From contig NC_005072.1 of assembly GCF_000011465.1 (NCBI RefSeq), positions 1,470,001 to 1,502,000 on the forward strand: a stretch of 32,000 bases of DNA. The letters are read 5' to 3'. Shown here one piece after another: positions 10,058 through 20,457 of this stretch. How positions within the stretch are numbered: position 1 is the stretch's first letter; the number at the start of each line of letters is the position of its first letter. Source of the DNA: Prochlorococcus marinus subsp. pastoris str. CCMP1986 (GTDB taxonomy: Bacteria > Cyanobacteriota > Cyanobacteriia > PCC-6307 > Cyanobiaceae). Below the pieces are notes generated by a model. It saw only the letters and a list, made by a program, of their open reading frames with translations. It was not told the DNA's origin and did not search any database. The translations under genes and the position numbers were made by a program.

Positions 10058-10426
10058 TTAGAAATTCAAGCCTGCATCACGGGCCGCATCTGCAAGAGCT
10101 TTAACTCTGCCATGATATAGATTCCCACCTCTATCAAAAATTACTTCTTTAACACCTTTCTTCATTGCTCTTTTAGCTAATAACTTACCAACAATTGAAG
10201 AAGAGCTGCAGTTAGAAGAGAGTTTTTCTTTATCTTCCTTAAGTTCTTTATCTACTGTAGAAGCAGAACATATAGTTTGTTGTGCATCGTCGTCAATAAC
10301 TTGGGCATAAATATGATTATTTGAACGGAAAACAGCTAATCTTGGGCGTGCGGTACTACCGATTAGGTAACGCCTTAATCTTTTATGCCTTTTTTGAGTT
10401 TGAAGTTTCCTTGAAATTTTAGCCAT
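10058..10426 (-). CDS. rplR: 50S ribosomal protein L18
   Basis: [20 protein letters not shown]...[26 protein letters not shown]. Confidence 0.95.
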
Positions 10427-10440
10427 GATTTTTAAAGCAA

Positions 10441-10980
10441 TTATTTTTTGCCGGATTTACCAGCTTTTCTGATGATTCTCTCATCTTGGTATTTGATACC
10501 TTTACCTTTATAGGGTTCTGGAGGTCTGATTGATCTGATTTTTGCTGCTTCATTTCCAACAATTTCTTTATCAATTCCAGATACAGTTACATTGGTATTA
10601 CTTTCAACTTTGTATGTTATACCATCGGGGGGGGTCATTTCTACTGGATGACTATATCCAGCACTTACTACTAAATTTTTTCCTTTCACTTGAGCCCTAG
10701 ATCCAACACCCACTATTTCCAATTTCTTTTCGTAGCCTTCAGTAACTCCTTGAACCATATTTGAAATCAATGTTCTACATAGACCATGCCTTTCCCTTGA
10801 ATATCTTTTCGTAGTTGCTGGAGTAACAACAATCTGATTTTCTTTCTGATCAAAATTTACACCTTCAGGCATTAGTCTTTTGAGTTCACCTTTTGGACCC
10901 TTTACGGTAATGCTTAATCCCTTAATATCAACAGATACCTTTTCTGGTATTTGTACTGGAGATTTTCCTATTCTTGACAT
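10441..10980 (-). CDS. rplF: 50S ribosomal protein L6
   Basis: [19 protein letters not shown]...GYSHPVEM...[11 protein letters not shown]. Confidence 0.95.
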
Positions 10981-10992
10981 AATTAATACCTC

Positions 10993-11394
10993 TTAATAAA
11001 CATAACAAAGAACTTCGCCACCGATGCCTTGTTTCCTTGCGTCACGGTCACTCATTACACCCTTTGAAGTTGATACTATAGCAACTCCAAGACCCCCAAG
11101 AACTTTTGGTAAGCCCTTTGTATTTTTATAAACTCTCAATCCAGGCTTACTTACTCTTTGCATGGATCTGATAGTAGGAAATTTATTTTTACCACTATAT
11201 TTAAGTCCTAAAACGATTTGAGACTTGTAACCCTCACCTTCCTCATTAATATCAGTTATGAAGCCTTCTTTTTGCAGAACTTTAGCTATGCTAAGAGACA
11301 TTTTGGAGGCTGGGATTGCGGTGGATGTATGCTTTTTTTGACTCGCATTTCTTATACGAGTAAGCATATCTGAAATAGGATCGTGATTTGACAT
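10993..11394 (-). CDS. rpsH: 30S ribosomal protein S8
   Basis: [13 protein letters not shown]...GGEVLCYVY. Confidence 0.95.
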   Translation of the reverse strand: MSNHDPISDMLTRIRNASQKKHTSTAIPASKMSLSIAKVLQKEGFITDINEEGEGYKSQIVLGLKYSGKNKFPTIRSMQRVSKPGLRVYKNTKGLPKVLGGLGVAIVSTSKGVMSDRDARKQGIGGEVLCYVY

Positions 11395-11404
11395 GTTTAT
11401 AAGG

Positions 11405-11941
11405 TTAATTACTAAAAGGCATTCCTAGCTCTTTCAAGAGAGCTTTACCCTCTTGATCGGTTGAGGCGCTGGTTACGATTGTTATGTCCATTCCTCTAAT
11501 GGAATCTATTTTATCAAATGAAATTTCAGGAAATATCAATTGCTCTTTTACTCCTAAAGTATAATTACCTCTTCCATCAAAGCTTTTTGGATTAACACCT
11601 CTGAAGTCTCTAATTCTTGGTAAGGCTAGATTTATAAATCTTTCTAAAAAAGAATACATCCTATCTCCCCTAAGGGTAACTGTACAGCCAATTGCCATTC
11701 CCTCCCTTATTTTAAAGCCAGCAATTGCTTTTTTGGATCTTGTAACTAAAGCTTTTTGTCCCGTAATAGTTGCCATTTCATTTAAAGAGGCCTCTAAAGC
11801 CTTTGAATTTGAAGCAGCTTCTCCAAGACCTCTATTTACGTTAACTTTAATAACCTTGGGTACTTGATGAATATTTTTAAGACCAAGGTCTTTTAAAAGC
11901 TTTGGTCTTATTGCTTCTTTGTAGCGAGTTTTAAGAGTCAT
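11405..11941 (-). CDS. rplE: 50S ribosomal protein L5
   Basis: ...[20 protein letters not shown]...[20 protein letters not shown]. Confidence 0.95.
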   Translation of the reverse strand: MTLKTRYKEAIRPKLLKDLGLKNIHQVPKVIKVNVNRGLGEAASNSKALEASLNEMATITGQKALVTRSKKAIAGFKIREGMAIGCTVTLRGDRMYSFLERFINLALPRIRDFRGVNPKSFDGRGNYTLGVKEQLIFPEISFDKIDSIRGMDITIVTSASTDQEGKALLKELGMPFSN

Positions 11942-12016
11942 GATTTTTGTAATTAATTCTGGTCTTTGTCAGAATTGTGTAATAAGAAAATTGAAATCTC
12001 GTTTTTGATGAAGAAT

Positions 12017-12373
12017 TTAATCAATTAATTCACCAGTTTTTTTTAATCTCCTTTTTTTAACTCCCTCTTTATCAATAAAATATTCTATTTTACTTATTAG
12101 ATTTTTATCCTTTGAAAAAAACATTACATTAGAAGCATGTAATGATGCTTCTTCTGTCAATATTCTCCCACTTTCACCTTCTTGAGATGGTTTTACATGT
12201 TTTGTTCTAAGATTTACTCCCTTCACAACTACTCTATTCTCTAGGGGGATAGTTTTTAAAACTTCACCAGTTTTACCTTTTTCTTTACCGTTAATAACTT
12301 TGACTAAGTCTCCTGTTTTAATTCTCATTTTTATTCTTTTGAAGTTTTTCTTTTGTTTAAGTGAGTCCAACAT
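12017..12373 (-). CDS. rplX: 50S ribosomal protein L24
   Basis: [21 protein letters not shown] (KOW motif). The ATG at 12373 directly abuts the rplN stop (TAAATG). An alternative start is MRIKTGD at 12328. Confidence 0.92.
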   Translation of the reverse strand: MLDSLKQKKNFKRIKMRIKTGDLVKVINGKEKGKTGEVLKTIPLENRVVVKGVNLRTKHVKPSQEGESGRILTEEASLHASNVMFFSKDKNLISKIEYFIDKEGVKKRRLKKTGELID

Positions 12374-12739
12374 TTAAATAACCTCCGGAGCTAAAGAAAC
12401 GATCTTTGTAAAGTTCTTATCTCGTAATTCCCTTGCTACTGGACCAAATACTCTTGTACCTTTTGGATTTTTATCTTCATTAATCAAAACGGCTGCATTA
12501 TCATCAAAACGAATTGAGTTCCCTGTATTTCTTCTTAAAGTATGTCTTGTCCTAACAATAACTGCTTTAACGACATCTGATTTTTTAACCCCCATATTTG
12601 GCAATGCGTCTTTTACTGATGCAACGACAACATCTCCCACATGTGCATATCTTCTATTTGAACCCAGCACTCTTATGCATTGAAGTCTTTTAGCTCCACT
12701 GTTATCAGCAACAGTTAAGTAAGTTTCCTGTTGAATCAT
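12374..12739 (-). CDS. rplN: 50S ribosomal protein L14
   Basis: [26 protein letters not shown]... Confidence 0.96.
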   Translation of the reverse strand: MIQQETYLTVADNSGAKRLQCIRVLGSNRRYAHVGDVVVASVKDALPNMGVKKSDVVKAVIVRTRHTLRRNTGNSIRFDDNAAVLINEDKNPKGTRVFGPVARELRDKNFTKIVSLAPEVI

Positions 12740-13002
12740 TTTTTATCCTCCTTACTCATTATTGTTTTATTTAGAATTTCCTCTATTGCCCATCTTTTAT
12801 GAGCACTTAGTGGTCTTGTTTCTTTAATTTTAACTCGATCTCCCAAAACACATGAGTTTTCTGGATCATGTGCCTTGTAACGAGTAGTTTTACTTACAAT
12901 CTTTTTATAAGTTGGATGTGGGTATCTATTGATTACGGCAACAACAACTGTTTTGTCCATTTTGTCGCTTACAACAGTACCAATTCTTTCTTTAAGTGCC
13001 AT
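12736..13002 (-). CDS. rpsQ: 30S ribosomal protein S17
   Basis: [16 protein letters not shown]...YKAHDPEN...GD.V.I.ETRPLS. 4-nt ATGA overlap with rplN. Confidence 0.95.
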   Translation of the reverse strand: MALKERIGTVVSDKMDKTVVVAVINRYPHPTYKKIVSKTTRYKAHDPENSCVLGDRVKIKETRPLSAHKRWAIEEILNKTIMSKEDKK

Positions 13003-13010
13003 AGCAATAA

Positions 13011-13229
13011 TTAATCAGCGGGTTTTTGAGAAGTGGATTGACTTTTACTAAGAGTAAGTAATTGTGCAACTTGTTTCTTGATGATTTTAAATTTATGAGT
13101 TTCATTAAGCTGTCTTGTTGCCTGTTTGAATCTCAAGTCGAAGAGATCTTTTCGTAGTTGATCAATTTTTTCAGTTATTTGAGAAGAATTTAACTTTTTA
13201 AATTCTTTTATAGATTCTGAATTTTTCAT
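13011..13229 (-). CDS. rpmC: 50S ribosomal protein L29
   Basis: Position between rplP and rpsQ; [15 protein letters not shown] motif. Confidence 0.92.
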   Translation of the reverse strand: MKNSESIKEFKKLNSSQITEKIDQLRKDLFDLRFKQATRQLNETHKFKIIKKQVAQLLTLSKSQSTSQKPAD

Positions 13230-13708
13230 TTTTTAACCTCCTCTTTTGAATCTTTCCCTGTCTTACCTTCTCCTGATGAATCACTACTTAGATTTATATC
13301 ACTAGAAATAAATTTTGTTTTTACTGGTAATTTATATTGGGCTAAACGCATAGCTTCTTTTGCAATTTCTTCTGTAATCTCTTCACCACCCATTTCAAAT
13401 AATATTCTTCCAGGTTTCACAACAGCTACCCAAAACTCTGGATTACCTTTTCCTGATCCCATCCTAGTTTCAGCTGGTCTCATAGTGACTGGTTTATCTG
13501 GGAAAATACGAATCCATATTTTTCCACCACGTTTAACATATCTTGTCATTGCTCTTCTACTTGCTTCAATCTGTCGAGCAGTTACCCACCCACAATCTTG
13601 AGCTTGGAGTGCAAACTGACCAAATGCAATTGTATTACCCTTAGAGGCAATTCCTTTCATTCTGCCTCTATGCTGTTTTCGGAATTTAGTACGTTTTGGA
13701 CTAAGCAT
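13226..13708 (-). CDS. rplP: 50S ribosomal protein L16 (with acidic/Ser-rich C-terminal tail)
   Basis: [19 protein letters not shown]...[24 protein letters not shown]. Confidence 0.96.
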   Translation of the reverse strand: MLSPKRTKFRKQHRGRMKGIASKGNTIAFGQFALQAQDCGWVTARQIEASRRAMTRYVKRGGKIWIRIFPDKPVTMRPAETRMGSGKGNPEFWVAVVKPGRILFEMGGEEITEEIAKEAMRLAQYKLPVKTKFISSDINLSSDSSGEGKTGKDSKEEVKK

Positions 13709-13719
13709 TGTTATACCTC

Positions 13720-14451
13720 CTATGAATTCTCATTTGAACGGTCCTCAAATTGCTGAGGTTTTCGACTTCCTTTCCTTCTTGGAATAGCACCAACAGGAAT
13801 AGTTTGTTCTTCTTTGGGAAGAACCTCCCCTTTGAAAACCCAAACTTTAATTCCTAGTACACCATAAGTTGTATTTGCTTCGCGCAGTGCATAATCAACC
13901 TCAGCTCTCAAAGTATGAAGAGGAACCCTACCTTCTCTAGTCCACTCTGTTCTAGCTATTTCTGCACCATTGAGTCGTCCTCCTACTTGTACTTTTAAGC
14001 CTAGAACACCAGCTCTTTGTGCTCTTTGCAAAGCCATCCTTATAGTTCTTCTAAAGGCAACTCTTTTTTCTAATTGTTGTGCTATGTATTCAGCAAGTAA
14101 ATATGCATCCGCGTCAACTCTCTCCACTTCAACTACATTAATTCGAACTTGCCTTGTTCTATCTCCTATAGTTTTTTGTATACCTGACCGCAATTCTTCG
14201 ATACCGCTTCCTTGCCTGCCTACAATCACTCCAGGTCTAGCTGTTTTCAATTCAAGTTCTAACTGGTCAGCTTTTCTAGCAATTAGTACATCGCTGATTC
14301 CAGCTGAACTATATTTCTTTTGGATAAAAGTACGAATTTTATCATCTTCTTGAAGAAGAGTTGGATAAGTTTTAGAAGTTGCGAACCATTTTGAACGATG
14401 TTCTTGTGTGATGCCTAACCTAAACCCTGTTGGGTTGATTTTATTACCCAT
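13720..14451 (-). CDS. rpsC: 30S ribosomal protein S3
   Basis: [13 protein letters not shown]...KH-domain core...[13 protein letters not shown]. Confidence 0.96.
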   Translation of the reverse strand: MGNKINPTGFRLGITQEHRSKWFATSKTYPTLLQEDDKIRTFIQKKYSSAGISDVLIARKADQLELELKTARPGVIVGRQGSGIEELRSGIQKTIGDRTRQVRINVVEVERVDADAYLLAEYIAQQLEKRVAFRRTIRMALQRAQRAGVLGLKVQVGGRLNGAEIARTEWTREGRVPLHTLRAEVDYALREANTTYGVLGIKVWVFKGEVLPKEEQTIPVGAIPRRKGSRKPQQFEDRSNENS

Positions 14452-14837
14452 TAGTTTTGTGCCTCCGTATTAGTTTGATTAGGAGCAGATTCTACAGAAA
14501 TACTTATATGGCAAGTCTGTTTTTTGATGGAGAAAGCTCTACCTTGAGCTCTCGGTCTGAACCTTTTCATCACCGGCCCGTTATCAGCTGAAGCTGAAGA
14601 TATTACTAGGGATGAGGGATCCATACCCAAGTTATGTTCTGCATTAGCTACTGCAGATCTTAAAACCTTAGTAATAGGATCAGTAGATCTATATGGCATA
14701 AATTCCAACATAATAAGCGCATCTCTATAAGATTTACCTCTAATTTGATCGAGAACTCTTCTTACTTTTGATGCAGAACCACGAATGTACTTACCGTGAG
14801 CAATAGCTGTTTTTGTCATTTCAGGTGTTTTTGTCAT
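14451..14837 (-). CDS. rplV: 50S ribosomal protein L22
   Basis: ...[28 protein letters not shown]...; 1-nt TAATG overlap with rpsC. Confidence 0.95.
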   Translation of the reverse strand: MTKTPEMTKTAIAHGKYIRGSASKVRRVLDQIRGKSYRDALIMLEFMPYRSTDPITKVLRSAVANAEHNLGMDPSSLVISSASADNGPVMKRFRPRAQGRAFSIKKQTCHISISVESAPNQTNTEAQN

Positions 14838-15113
14838 TTATCTAGCCCCCTTCTTATCTCTTAAGTGGCCACGATAGGTTCTTGTAGGAGCAAATTCACC
14901 TAATTTATGGCCAATCATTTGTTCAGTTATAAATACTGGTATATGGGCCTTACCATTGTGAACAGCAATCGTATGACCAATCATAACAGGGAGTATAGTC
15001 GAAGATCTAGACCATGTTTTGATGACTGATTTATCATTATCAGTATTTTGTTTTTCTACCTTTTTAAGCAAACTATCTGCAATAAAAGGCCCTTTTTTTA
15101 ATGAACGTCCCAT
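14838..15113 (-). CDS. rpsS: 30S ribosomal protein S19
   Basis: [19 protein letters not shown]...[15 protein letters not shown]...[13 protein letters not shown]. Confidence 0.96.
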   Translation of the reverse strand: MGRSLKKGPFIADSLLKKVEKQNTDNDKSVIKTWSRSSTILPVMIGHTIAVHNGKAHIPVFITEQMIGHKLGEFAPTRTYRGHLRDKKGAR

Positions 15114-15121
15114 AATTTATA

Positions 15122-15151
15122 AAATAGAAATAGAAATAGAAATAGAAATAG
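15122..15151. repeat. hexanucleotide microsatellite (AAATAG)5, read as (CTATTT)5 in the mRNA
   Basis: Direct reading: five perfect tandem AAATAG units fill 30 of the 44 nt between the rplB stop (15158-15160) and the rpsS start (15113). Confidence 0.95.
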
Positions 15152-15157
15152 TAGTAA

Positions 15158-16021
15158 TCAAGAATCTCTTCCTCCTCTACTTCTCTTAGAAATACGACGA
15201 CGTCTTCGAACAACTAATTTGTTACTTGGCTTGTTTTTCTTACGTGTCTTTAATCCAAGTGCTGCCTTACCCCAAGGAGTTACAGGGCCTGCCCTACCAA
15301 TCGGGGCTTTCCCCTCTCCTCCACCATGTGGATGATCACATGGGTTCATAACACTACCTCTTACTTGAGGTCTTCTACCTAACCATCTTCTTCTGCCTGC
15401 TTTTCCTAAGCTAGTATTACGTATTTCAGAATTACCTACTTCACCTAAAGTTGCATAACATTCCTTGCGTACAAGTCTAACTTCAGTAGATGGGAGTTTT
15501 AAAGCGACATACTCTCCTTCTTTCGCCATTAGTTGTGCACTAGCTCCTGCAGATCTGACCATTTGAGCACCTCTACCAGCATATAGTTCTACACAATGAA
15601 CATTTGATCCTAATGGCATGGAAGATAGGGGCATTGCATTCCCTTCTTCAATTGGAACACCTTCACCAGAAATTACATTTTGACCTACTTTTATTCCCGC
15701 AGGAGCGATTATATATCTTTTCTCTCCGTCTTCATAGAATAAAAGTGCGAGTCTCGCATTTCTATGGGGATCATAATGAATAGCTGCAACCTTTGCATTA
15801 ATATTTTTTTTGTCTCTTCTGAAATCTACTAATCTGTATTGTCTTTTGTGTCCGCCCCCTCTGTGACGACAGGTGATAACTCCTCTATTATTTCTACCTT
15901 TATTTCTATGCTTAGAAACTATTAATGATCTTTCTGGTTTAGAACCCGTAATCTCACTAAAGTCAGTAACAACTCTTTGTCTAGTTCCAGGTGTATAGGG
16001 TTTGAATTTACGAATAGCCAT
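15158..16021 (-). CDS. rplB: 50S ribosomal protein L2
   Basis: [15 protein letters not shown]...GGGHKRQYR...[13 protein letters not shown]. Confidence 0.97.
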   Translation of the reverse strand: MAIRKFKPYTPGTRQRVVTDFSEITGSKPERSLIVSKHRNKGRNNRGVITCRHRGGGHKRQYRLVDFRRDKKNINAKVAAIHYDPHRNARLALLFYEDGEKRYIIAPAGIKVGQNVISGEGVPIEEGNAMPLSSMPLGSNVHCVELYAGRGAQMVRSAGASAQLMAKEGEYVALKLPSTEVRLVRKECYATLGEVGNSEIRNTSLGKAGRRRWLGRRPQVRGSVMNPCDHPHGGGEGKAPIGRAGPVTPWGKAALGLKTRKKNKPSNKLVVRRRRRISKRSRGGRDS

Positions 16022-16033
16022 AATAAATACTCC

Positions 16034-16336
16034 TTAAGATTCTGGGAATAGTTGAATTTTGTCTCCTTCAGCAAGACGGACAATTGCCTTTTTAATTTGA
16101 GAACGCTTCCCGGAGAATTTACCGACTCTTCTTGTTCTCCTTGGAGGATTCATAGTGTTTATTCCTATAACTTTAACATCAAACAAGGCCTCAATTGCTG
16201 CCTTTATCTGAGGCTTTGCGGCCCTATGATCTACCTCAAAAGTATATTGGTTAAGATCTAGAGCATTTGTGGCTTTTTCTGTAATTACAGGTTTACGAAT
16301 TATATCTGCTAGACGAGAATCAAATAATCTACTCAT
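16034..16336 (-). CDS. rplW: 50S ribosomal protein L23
   Basis: [12 protein letters not shown]...YTFEVD..A.K.QIK.AIE.LF.VKV. Confidence 0.95.
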   Translation of the reverse strand: MSRLFDSRLADIIRKPVITEKATNALDLNQYTFEVDHRAAKPQIKAAIEALFDVKVIGINTMNPPRRTRRVGKFSGKRSQIKKAIVRLAEGDKIQLFPES

Positions 16337-16965
16337 GATGCATAAACCTCCTGAATTTTATTGATTGCTGATTGACCAATAACTAACTTATTAGCATTGA
16401 GGATATCAAAAACATTTAATTGATCGGCAGCAATTAATTTTACCTTTTCAAGGTTGTTAATAGATTTTTTAATGACATCCGAGGGATTATCAAGAATAAC
16501 TAAAACCTTTTCTGTCTTTTCTATTCCTAATCTAGAAAGACCATTAATTATCTCACTAGTTTTTGGTTGGTCTAATGTTGAACCAAAGTCTTCAACAGTT
16601 TTGAAATCAGAAATCCTAGACATTAAGGCTGTTCTAAGTGCTAATCTTCTTTCTTTTCGGTTCATATCTAAGTTATACGAACGTGGTTTAGGGCCAAAAA
16701 TTACCCCTCCTCCTGGTCTTAATGGGGTTCTAATTGATCCTTGACGAGCTCTACCCGTACCCTTTTGCTTATATGGCTTCCTACCTCCTCCACGAACTTC
16801 AGACCTTGTCAAAGTAGATGCAGTTCCCTGTCTTTTGTTAGCTAATTGTCTAAGAACAGCTCTATGGATTAAATCGGCAGAGGAAGTCTCTTTGGCAACT
16901 TTTAAATCAATTGAGACTTTGCCAGCTTTTTTGCCATCCCATTTTAAAGTTTCAAGGGTTGTCAT
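16333..16965 (-). CDS. rplD: 50S ribosomal protein L4
   Basis: ...[38 protein letters not shown]. Confidence 0.96.
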   Translation of the reverse strand: MTTLETLKWDGKKAGKVSIDLKVAKETSSADLIHRAVLRQLANKRQGTASTLTRSEVRGGGRKPYKQKGTGRARQGSIRTPLRPGGGVIFGPKPRSYNLDMNRKERRLALRTALMSRISDFKTVEDFGSTLDQPKTSEIINGLSRLGIEKTEKVLVILDNPSDVIKKSINNLEKVKLIAADQLNVFDILNANKLVIGQSAINKIQEVYAS

Positions 16966-17615
16966 GATTTTGCTCCTCCTTTGTTACCTACAACATTATT
17001 AGGCTTTATATTTACTATCGAGCCAGGTTTGCCTGGTACAGAACCTTTTACAACAAGTAAATTTTTCTGATCATCAATTTTGACCACTAGTAAACCTTTT
17101 GTCGTGATTTTTTTACCTCCATATCTTCCTGCCATCCTTTTACCAGGATAAATTCTACCTGGAGTTGTTCCAGCACCTGTTGATCCTGGAGCTCTATGAT
17201 TTTTGGAACCATGACTCATAGGTCCTCTACTAAAACCATGTCTTTTTTGATATCCAGAGAAACCTCTACCCATTGATTTCCCACTAATATCAACTTTCTG
17301 ACCAACCTCAAAATTTGTAACAGTTATTTCCTTTCCAATTTCATAAGAGGAATTCTCTTCGACTCTGTATTCTTTTAGGTGTTTTAAAAGTATTTCACCT
17401 GATTTTAGTAGATGTCCTTTCTCAGGCTTACTCAAATGCTTATCCTTTGATACTCCATAACCTATTTGAATAGCAGTATAACCATCCAAAGGTTGAGTTT
17501 TTAATTGCGTGACTCGACAAGGTCCAGCCTCTATAAGAGTAACCGGTACTGCATTACCATCCTTATCGAATAATTGAGACATGCCCAATTTTTTTCCTAA
17601 AATTCCTATAGACAT
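16962..17615 (-). CDS. rplC: 50S ribosomal protein L3
   Basis: [17 protein letters not shown]...; I use the internal Met at 17615. The 27 aa upstream in the track ORF have no L3 counterpart. Confidence 0.94.
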   Translation of the reverse strand: MSIGILGKKLGMSQLFDKDGNAVPVTLIEAGPCRVTQLKTQPLDGYTAIQIGYGVSKDKHLSKPEKGHLLKSGEILLKHLKEYRVEENSSYEIGKEITVTNFEVGQKVDISGKSMGRGFSGYQKRHGFSRGPMSHGSKNHRAPGSTGAGTTPGRIYPGKRMAGRYGGKKITTKGLLVVKIDDQKNLLVVKGSVPGKPGSIVNIKPNNVVGNKGGAKS

Positions 17616-17806
17616 AAGACTTGAATAGGCTAGCTCGTAAATAATTTTTGGTTTATTGTCGAGTCTCTTAAAAGCTTCAACAACGTTATCAATCAAAAAT
17701 TTAATTTAATAGTAGGAGTGAGACTTTTCTGAAATTAGAAAGTTTCTCATCGGGTTAAACCCATCCCAAATTTTTTAACGAAACGCTAAAAACGTGAATG
17801 TTCCAG

Positions 17807-17829
17807 AGGCTCGGCTAGCTTGCGAGCTT
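17807..17829. other. short GC-rich hairpin in the AT-rich rplC/ndhN divergent intergenic region
   Basis: AGGCTCG-GCTAGCTTG-CGAGCTT. The GCTCG/CGAGC core pairs on either strand, the loop holds the GCTAGC palindrome, and A8 follows on the plus strand. Confidence 0.3.
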
Positions 17830-17851
17830 AAAAAAAATTCATCGAATATAA

Positions 17852-17864
17852 ATTGTACATCATC
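17852..17864 (-). promoter_or_regulatory. candidate promoter (-10-like TACAAT) of the rplC-headed ribosomal operon
   Basis: The minus strand reads GGTACTTGATGATGTACAATTTATAT, about 235 nt upstream of the rplC ATG. It shares GATGATGTACAAT with the site at 7047-7059. Confidence 0.3.
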
Positions 17865-17907
17865 AAGTACCATAAAATGAAATAATATATAGTTAAAGAG
17901 AATCTTT

Positions 17908-18378
17908 ATGCCATTACTTCTGACAGGAAAAAAGTTTCATAATGATTTAAATAAAAATAAATGCTTAGCTATGTTTGCACCTTTAGAGGGAGGGTATGAA
18001 ACTCGTCTTTTAAGAAGAATGCGAGCTAAAGGTTTTAAAACTTACATTACCTCTGCTAGAGGATTAGGAGATCCTGAAGTATTTTTACTAAAATTACACG
18101 GTATAAGGCCACCTCATCTCGGTCATCAAAGTATTGGCAGAAATGGTGCTCTTGGAGAAGTTCAGCAAGTAATTCCTCAAGCGTCTGAACTATTTAATGA
18201 GAATGATAAGGATAAATTATTATGGCTATTGGAAGGTCAAGTCTTATCTCAATCTGAGCTTGAAAGCTTAATTAAAATCTGCACTTCAGATAACAAACTA
18301 AAAATTGTTGTTGAAATGGGTGGTTCTAGAAAACTTGAATGGAAATCTTTAAATGATTACATATTGAATGAATTCTGA
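17908..18378 (+). CDS. ndhN: NAD(P)H-quinone oxidoreductase (NDH-1) subunit N
   Basis: [10 protein letters not shown]...[23 protein letters not shown]...[40 protein letters not shown]; matches my recollection of cyanobacterial NdhN. Confidence 0.9.
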   Translation: MPLLLTGKKFHNDLNKNKCLAMFAPLEGGYETRLLRRMRAKGFKTYITSARGLGDPEVFLLKLHGIRPPHLGHQSIGRNGALGEVQQVIPQASELFNENDKDKLLWLLEGQVLSQSELESLIKICTSDNKLKIVVEMGGSRKLEWKSLNDYILNEF

Positions 18379-19378
18379 AATTGATTTATTTAAAAAAAAT
18401 AAAAAAGGATCAGATAAATGGGTTAAATTAATTTGCGGGGCGAGCAATGAAGATATTGTTGCCATAGAAGATTTAAGTGCTATTTATTCCGCTGCTGGAG
18501 TTGACTATATTGATGTTGCTGCTGACGAATCTATCGTTGAAGCAGCAAGAAATGGTATCAAATGGGCCAAGAAACTCTATGGTGCCTCTCCTGGATTGAT
18601 GATAAGCATTAGTGATGGAAAGGATATACATTTTCGCAAAGCTAAATTTGATCCATTGAAATGCCCCTCTAATTGTCCTAGGCCATGCGAAAGGATTTGC
18701 CCTACCTTTGCAATTGATTATTCTGGGGTAAAAGAAAATAAATGCTATGGATGTGGAAGATGTATAAATAGTTGTCCCCTAAATTTAATTTCTGAATATG
18801 AATATAAATTGTCAAATAATGACTTACCAAAAACTCTACAAACAATAAAACCTGATGCAGTAGAAATTCATACGGAAATCAATCGACTAGATTCTTTTAT
18901 ACAAGTTGCAAATATTCTCAAAACTTCAGGGATAGAATTAAAAAAAATATCTGTAAGTTGTGGATTAAATCAATCCCAAAAAGGACCAAAAGATCTTTTA
19001 AAAGCTCTCTGGGATAGATATGAAATTCTTGTCGAACATAATGTGCCGCTTATTTGGCAACTAGATGGAAGACCTATGTCTGGTGATCTAGCTCCATCAA
19101 CAGGCAAGGATACAGTTAAATTATGGAATAATATAGGATCTCATCTTCCCCCAGGTTTAATTCAACTAGCAGGAGGAACAAATGGAAAAACTCATGAATT
19201 TTTGAAAATAAATAATTTTCCTGATGGAATTGCCTTTGGGAGTTCTGCTAGAAAAATAATGCAACCACTTATTGAAGATGCAAACAAAAATAATAAAAAA
19301 TTATATGAATATCCAGAAAAAATGGATTTAGCAATAAAAAAAGCACAAAAATTGCTTAACCCATGGAAAATCAGCTAA
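18368..19378 (+). CDS. ldpA: LdpA-like iron-sulfur protein (light-dependent period protein)
   Basis: Two Cys clusters, [14 protein letters not shown] and [12 protein letters not shown] (ferredoxin-type CxxCxxCxxxCP), plus an N-terminal KLICGAS block. The family assignment is from memory. The ATG overlaps the ndhN 3' end by 11 nt. Confidence 0.7.
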   Translation: MNSEIDLFKKNKKGSDKWVKLICGASNEDIVAIEDLSAIYSAAGVDYIDVAADESIVEAARNGIKWAKKLYGASPGLMISISDGKDIHFRKAKFDPLKCPSNCPRPCERICPTFAIDYSGVKENKCYGCGRCINSCPLNLISEYEYKLSNNDLPKTLQTIKPDAVEIHTEINRLDSFIQVANILKTSGIELKKISVSCGLNQSQKGPKDLLKALWDRYEILVEHNVPLIWQLDGRPMSGDLAPSTGKDTVKLWNNIGSHLPPGLIQLAGGTNGKTHEFLKINNFPDGIAFGSSARKIMQPLIEDANKNNKKLYEYPEKMDLAIKKAQKLLNPWKIS

Positions 19379-19482
19379 TCGCCTTATTTAATTCAATTAA
19401 AAAACAATTTCATAAAATCTAGAATAAAAATTTCTATTTTTGATAGAAAAAAATCTAGTAATGTATTAAAATAAAATTTCAT

Positions 19483-19554
19483 TGGGCCGTCGCCAAGTGG
19501 TAAGGCATCGGGTTTTGGTCTCGACATTCCTAGGTTCGAATCCTAGCGGCCCAG
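19483..19554 (+). tRNA. trnQ: tRNA-Gln (anticodon UUG)
   Basis: Folded by hand: acceptor TGGGCCG/CGGCCCA, D arm GCC-AAGTGGTAA-GGC, anticodon arm TCGGG-TTTTGGT-CTCGA (TTG), variable CATTC, T arm CTAGG-TTCGAAT-CCTAG, discriminator G. Closely parallels E. coli tRNA-Gln. CCA is not encoded. Confidence 0.93.
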
Positions 19555-19571
19555 TTCTAAAAATTAGTTGA

Positions 19572-20348
19572 GTGAGCTCTCATAAATTATTTCTATTTGA
19601 TTTTGATGGGGTTATTGTAGATGGAATGAATGAGTACTGGCACAGTTCATTATTAGCTTTTGAAAAATTTATAAATTCTCCAAAAATCTTAATCGATCAA
19701 AATCTTTACAAGCAAGTTTCAAATACTTTCATAGAAATGAGACCCTGGGTTAAATATGGATGGGAGATGTTAATCATTGTCCACCAAATTATCAAAAGTG
19801 AAGATCCACTAAACAATCAAAACAAAATCAATTTCCTAAATAAATATCATCAAAATTGTCAGAAAGTTTTATTAGAAAATTCTTGGGTGGCTGAAGATTT
19901 ACAAAAATGTCTTGATAAAGCAAGAAAATATCAAATAGAGAATGATTTTGACAATTGGATAAGATTACATCGCCCATTTTATGAAGTTATAGTTTTTATA
20001 GAAAAATTAAAGAAAGAAAAAATCAAGACGGGAATCATAACAACGAAAGGAAAAATATTTGCAGGCAAAATTCTTGAAAAATTAAATATTTACCCGGAGT
20101 TGATTTTTGGCTATGAATCAGGAACAAAAGTTGAGATTATTTCAGAACTCTGGAGAGAATATGAAATCATGGGCTTTATCGAAGATAGGAGAAATACACT
20201 TCTTGATATAAAGCAAAACCCCGTGACAAGTAACATTCCCTGCTACTTGGCTGATTGGGGCTATTTAAAAAATATAGATAGACTTAATTTGCCACTTGAA
20301 ATTAAATTATTAAAGTTGAAAAGTTTAGAAGATTTACTTGCAATTTAG
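19572..20348 (+). CDS. HAD-superfamily hydrolase/phosphatase
   Basis: GTG start. Motif I is LFLFDFDGVIVDG, with a later ITTKG (motif II-like Thr). Substrate unknown. Confidence 0.7.
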   Translation: MSSHKLFLFDFDGVIVDGMNEYWHSSLLAFEKFINSPKILIDQNLYKQVSNTFIEMRPWVKYGWEMLIIVHQIIKSEDPLNNQNKINFLNKYHQNCQKVLLENSWVAEDLQKCLDKARKYQIENDFDNWIRLHRPFYEVIVFIEKLKKEKIKTGIITTKGKIFAGKILEKLNIYPELIFGYESGTKVEIISELWREYEIMGFIEDRRNTLLDIKQNPVTSNIPCYLADWGYLKNIDRLNLPLEIKLLKLKSLEDLLAI

Positions 20349-20362
20349 TTATCTTCGGCTAA

Positions 20363-20376
20363 AGTACACATGTACT
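20363..20376 (+). promoter_or_regulatory. cyanobacterial LexA box upstream of recA
   Basis: AGTACACATGTACT is a perfect palindrome (AGTACA-N2-TGTACT) ending 81 nt upstream of the recA ATG. It fits the published cyanobacterial consensus RGTACNNNDGTWCB. Confidence 0.7.
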
Positions 20377-20457
20377 ATGAATTGTAATTATTAATTTTAG
20401 ATTTATTTAAAAATTATAGATTTAAAAATAATTATGAGAACTTATTAATAAATTAAA

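Noticed and set aside
10627-10634. The G8 run (C8 in the rplF mRNA, encoding Pro-Pro in MTPPDG), and G7 in tyrA (23689-23695), as possible phase-variation tracts.
   Set aside because: They lie within essential or conserved coding sequence and encode conserved residues. They are short compared with the G16 tract, and frameshifting here would simply be lethal.
6195-16744. Five plus-strand ORFs from the track (6195-6404, 9791-9988, 13970-14353, 16052-16261, 16454-16744), each lying antisense inside rpsK, rpsE, rpsC, rplW or rplD.
   Set aside because: Each is fully embedded opposite a highly conserved ribosomal protein gene. Their low-complexity S/L/F/C-rich translations are typical of the reverse frame of AT-rich coding DNA, and they have no recognisable motifs. 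They are shadow ORFs.
17855-17870. GTAC-N8-GTAC (GTACATCATCAAGTAC) upstream of ndhN, as a possible NtcA or LexA site.
   Set aside because: NtcA needs GTA-N8-TAC, and here the spacing is N10. The LexA box needs AGTAC-N4-GTACT. Neither consensus fits. The sequence is better explained as part of the -10-like element for the opposite strand.
19431-19449. The hairpin TTTCTAT-TTTTG-ATAGAAA between ldpA and tRNA-Gln, as a possible ldpA terminator.
   Set aside because: The stem is 7 bp with a single G:C pair. On the plus strand it is followed by an A-run rather than a U-run, and a U-run follows only on the minus strand, where there is no upstream gene to terminate.
19483-20348. tRNA-Gln as an integration site for a genomic island, as tRNA genes often are in Prochlorococcus.
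   Set aside because: I could see no integrase and no direct repeat of the tRNA 3' end downstream. The following genes (HAD hydrolase, recA) are ordinary housekeeping genes with the same composition.
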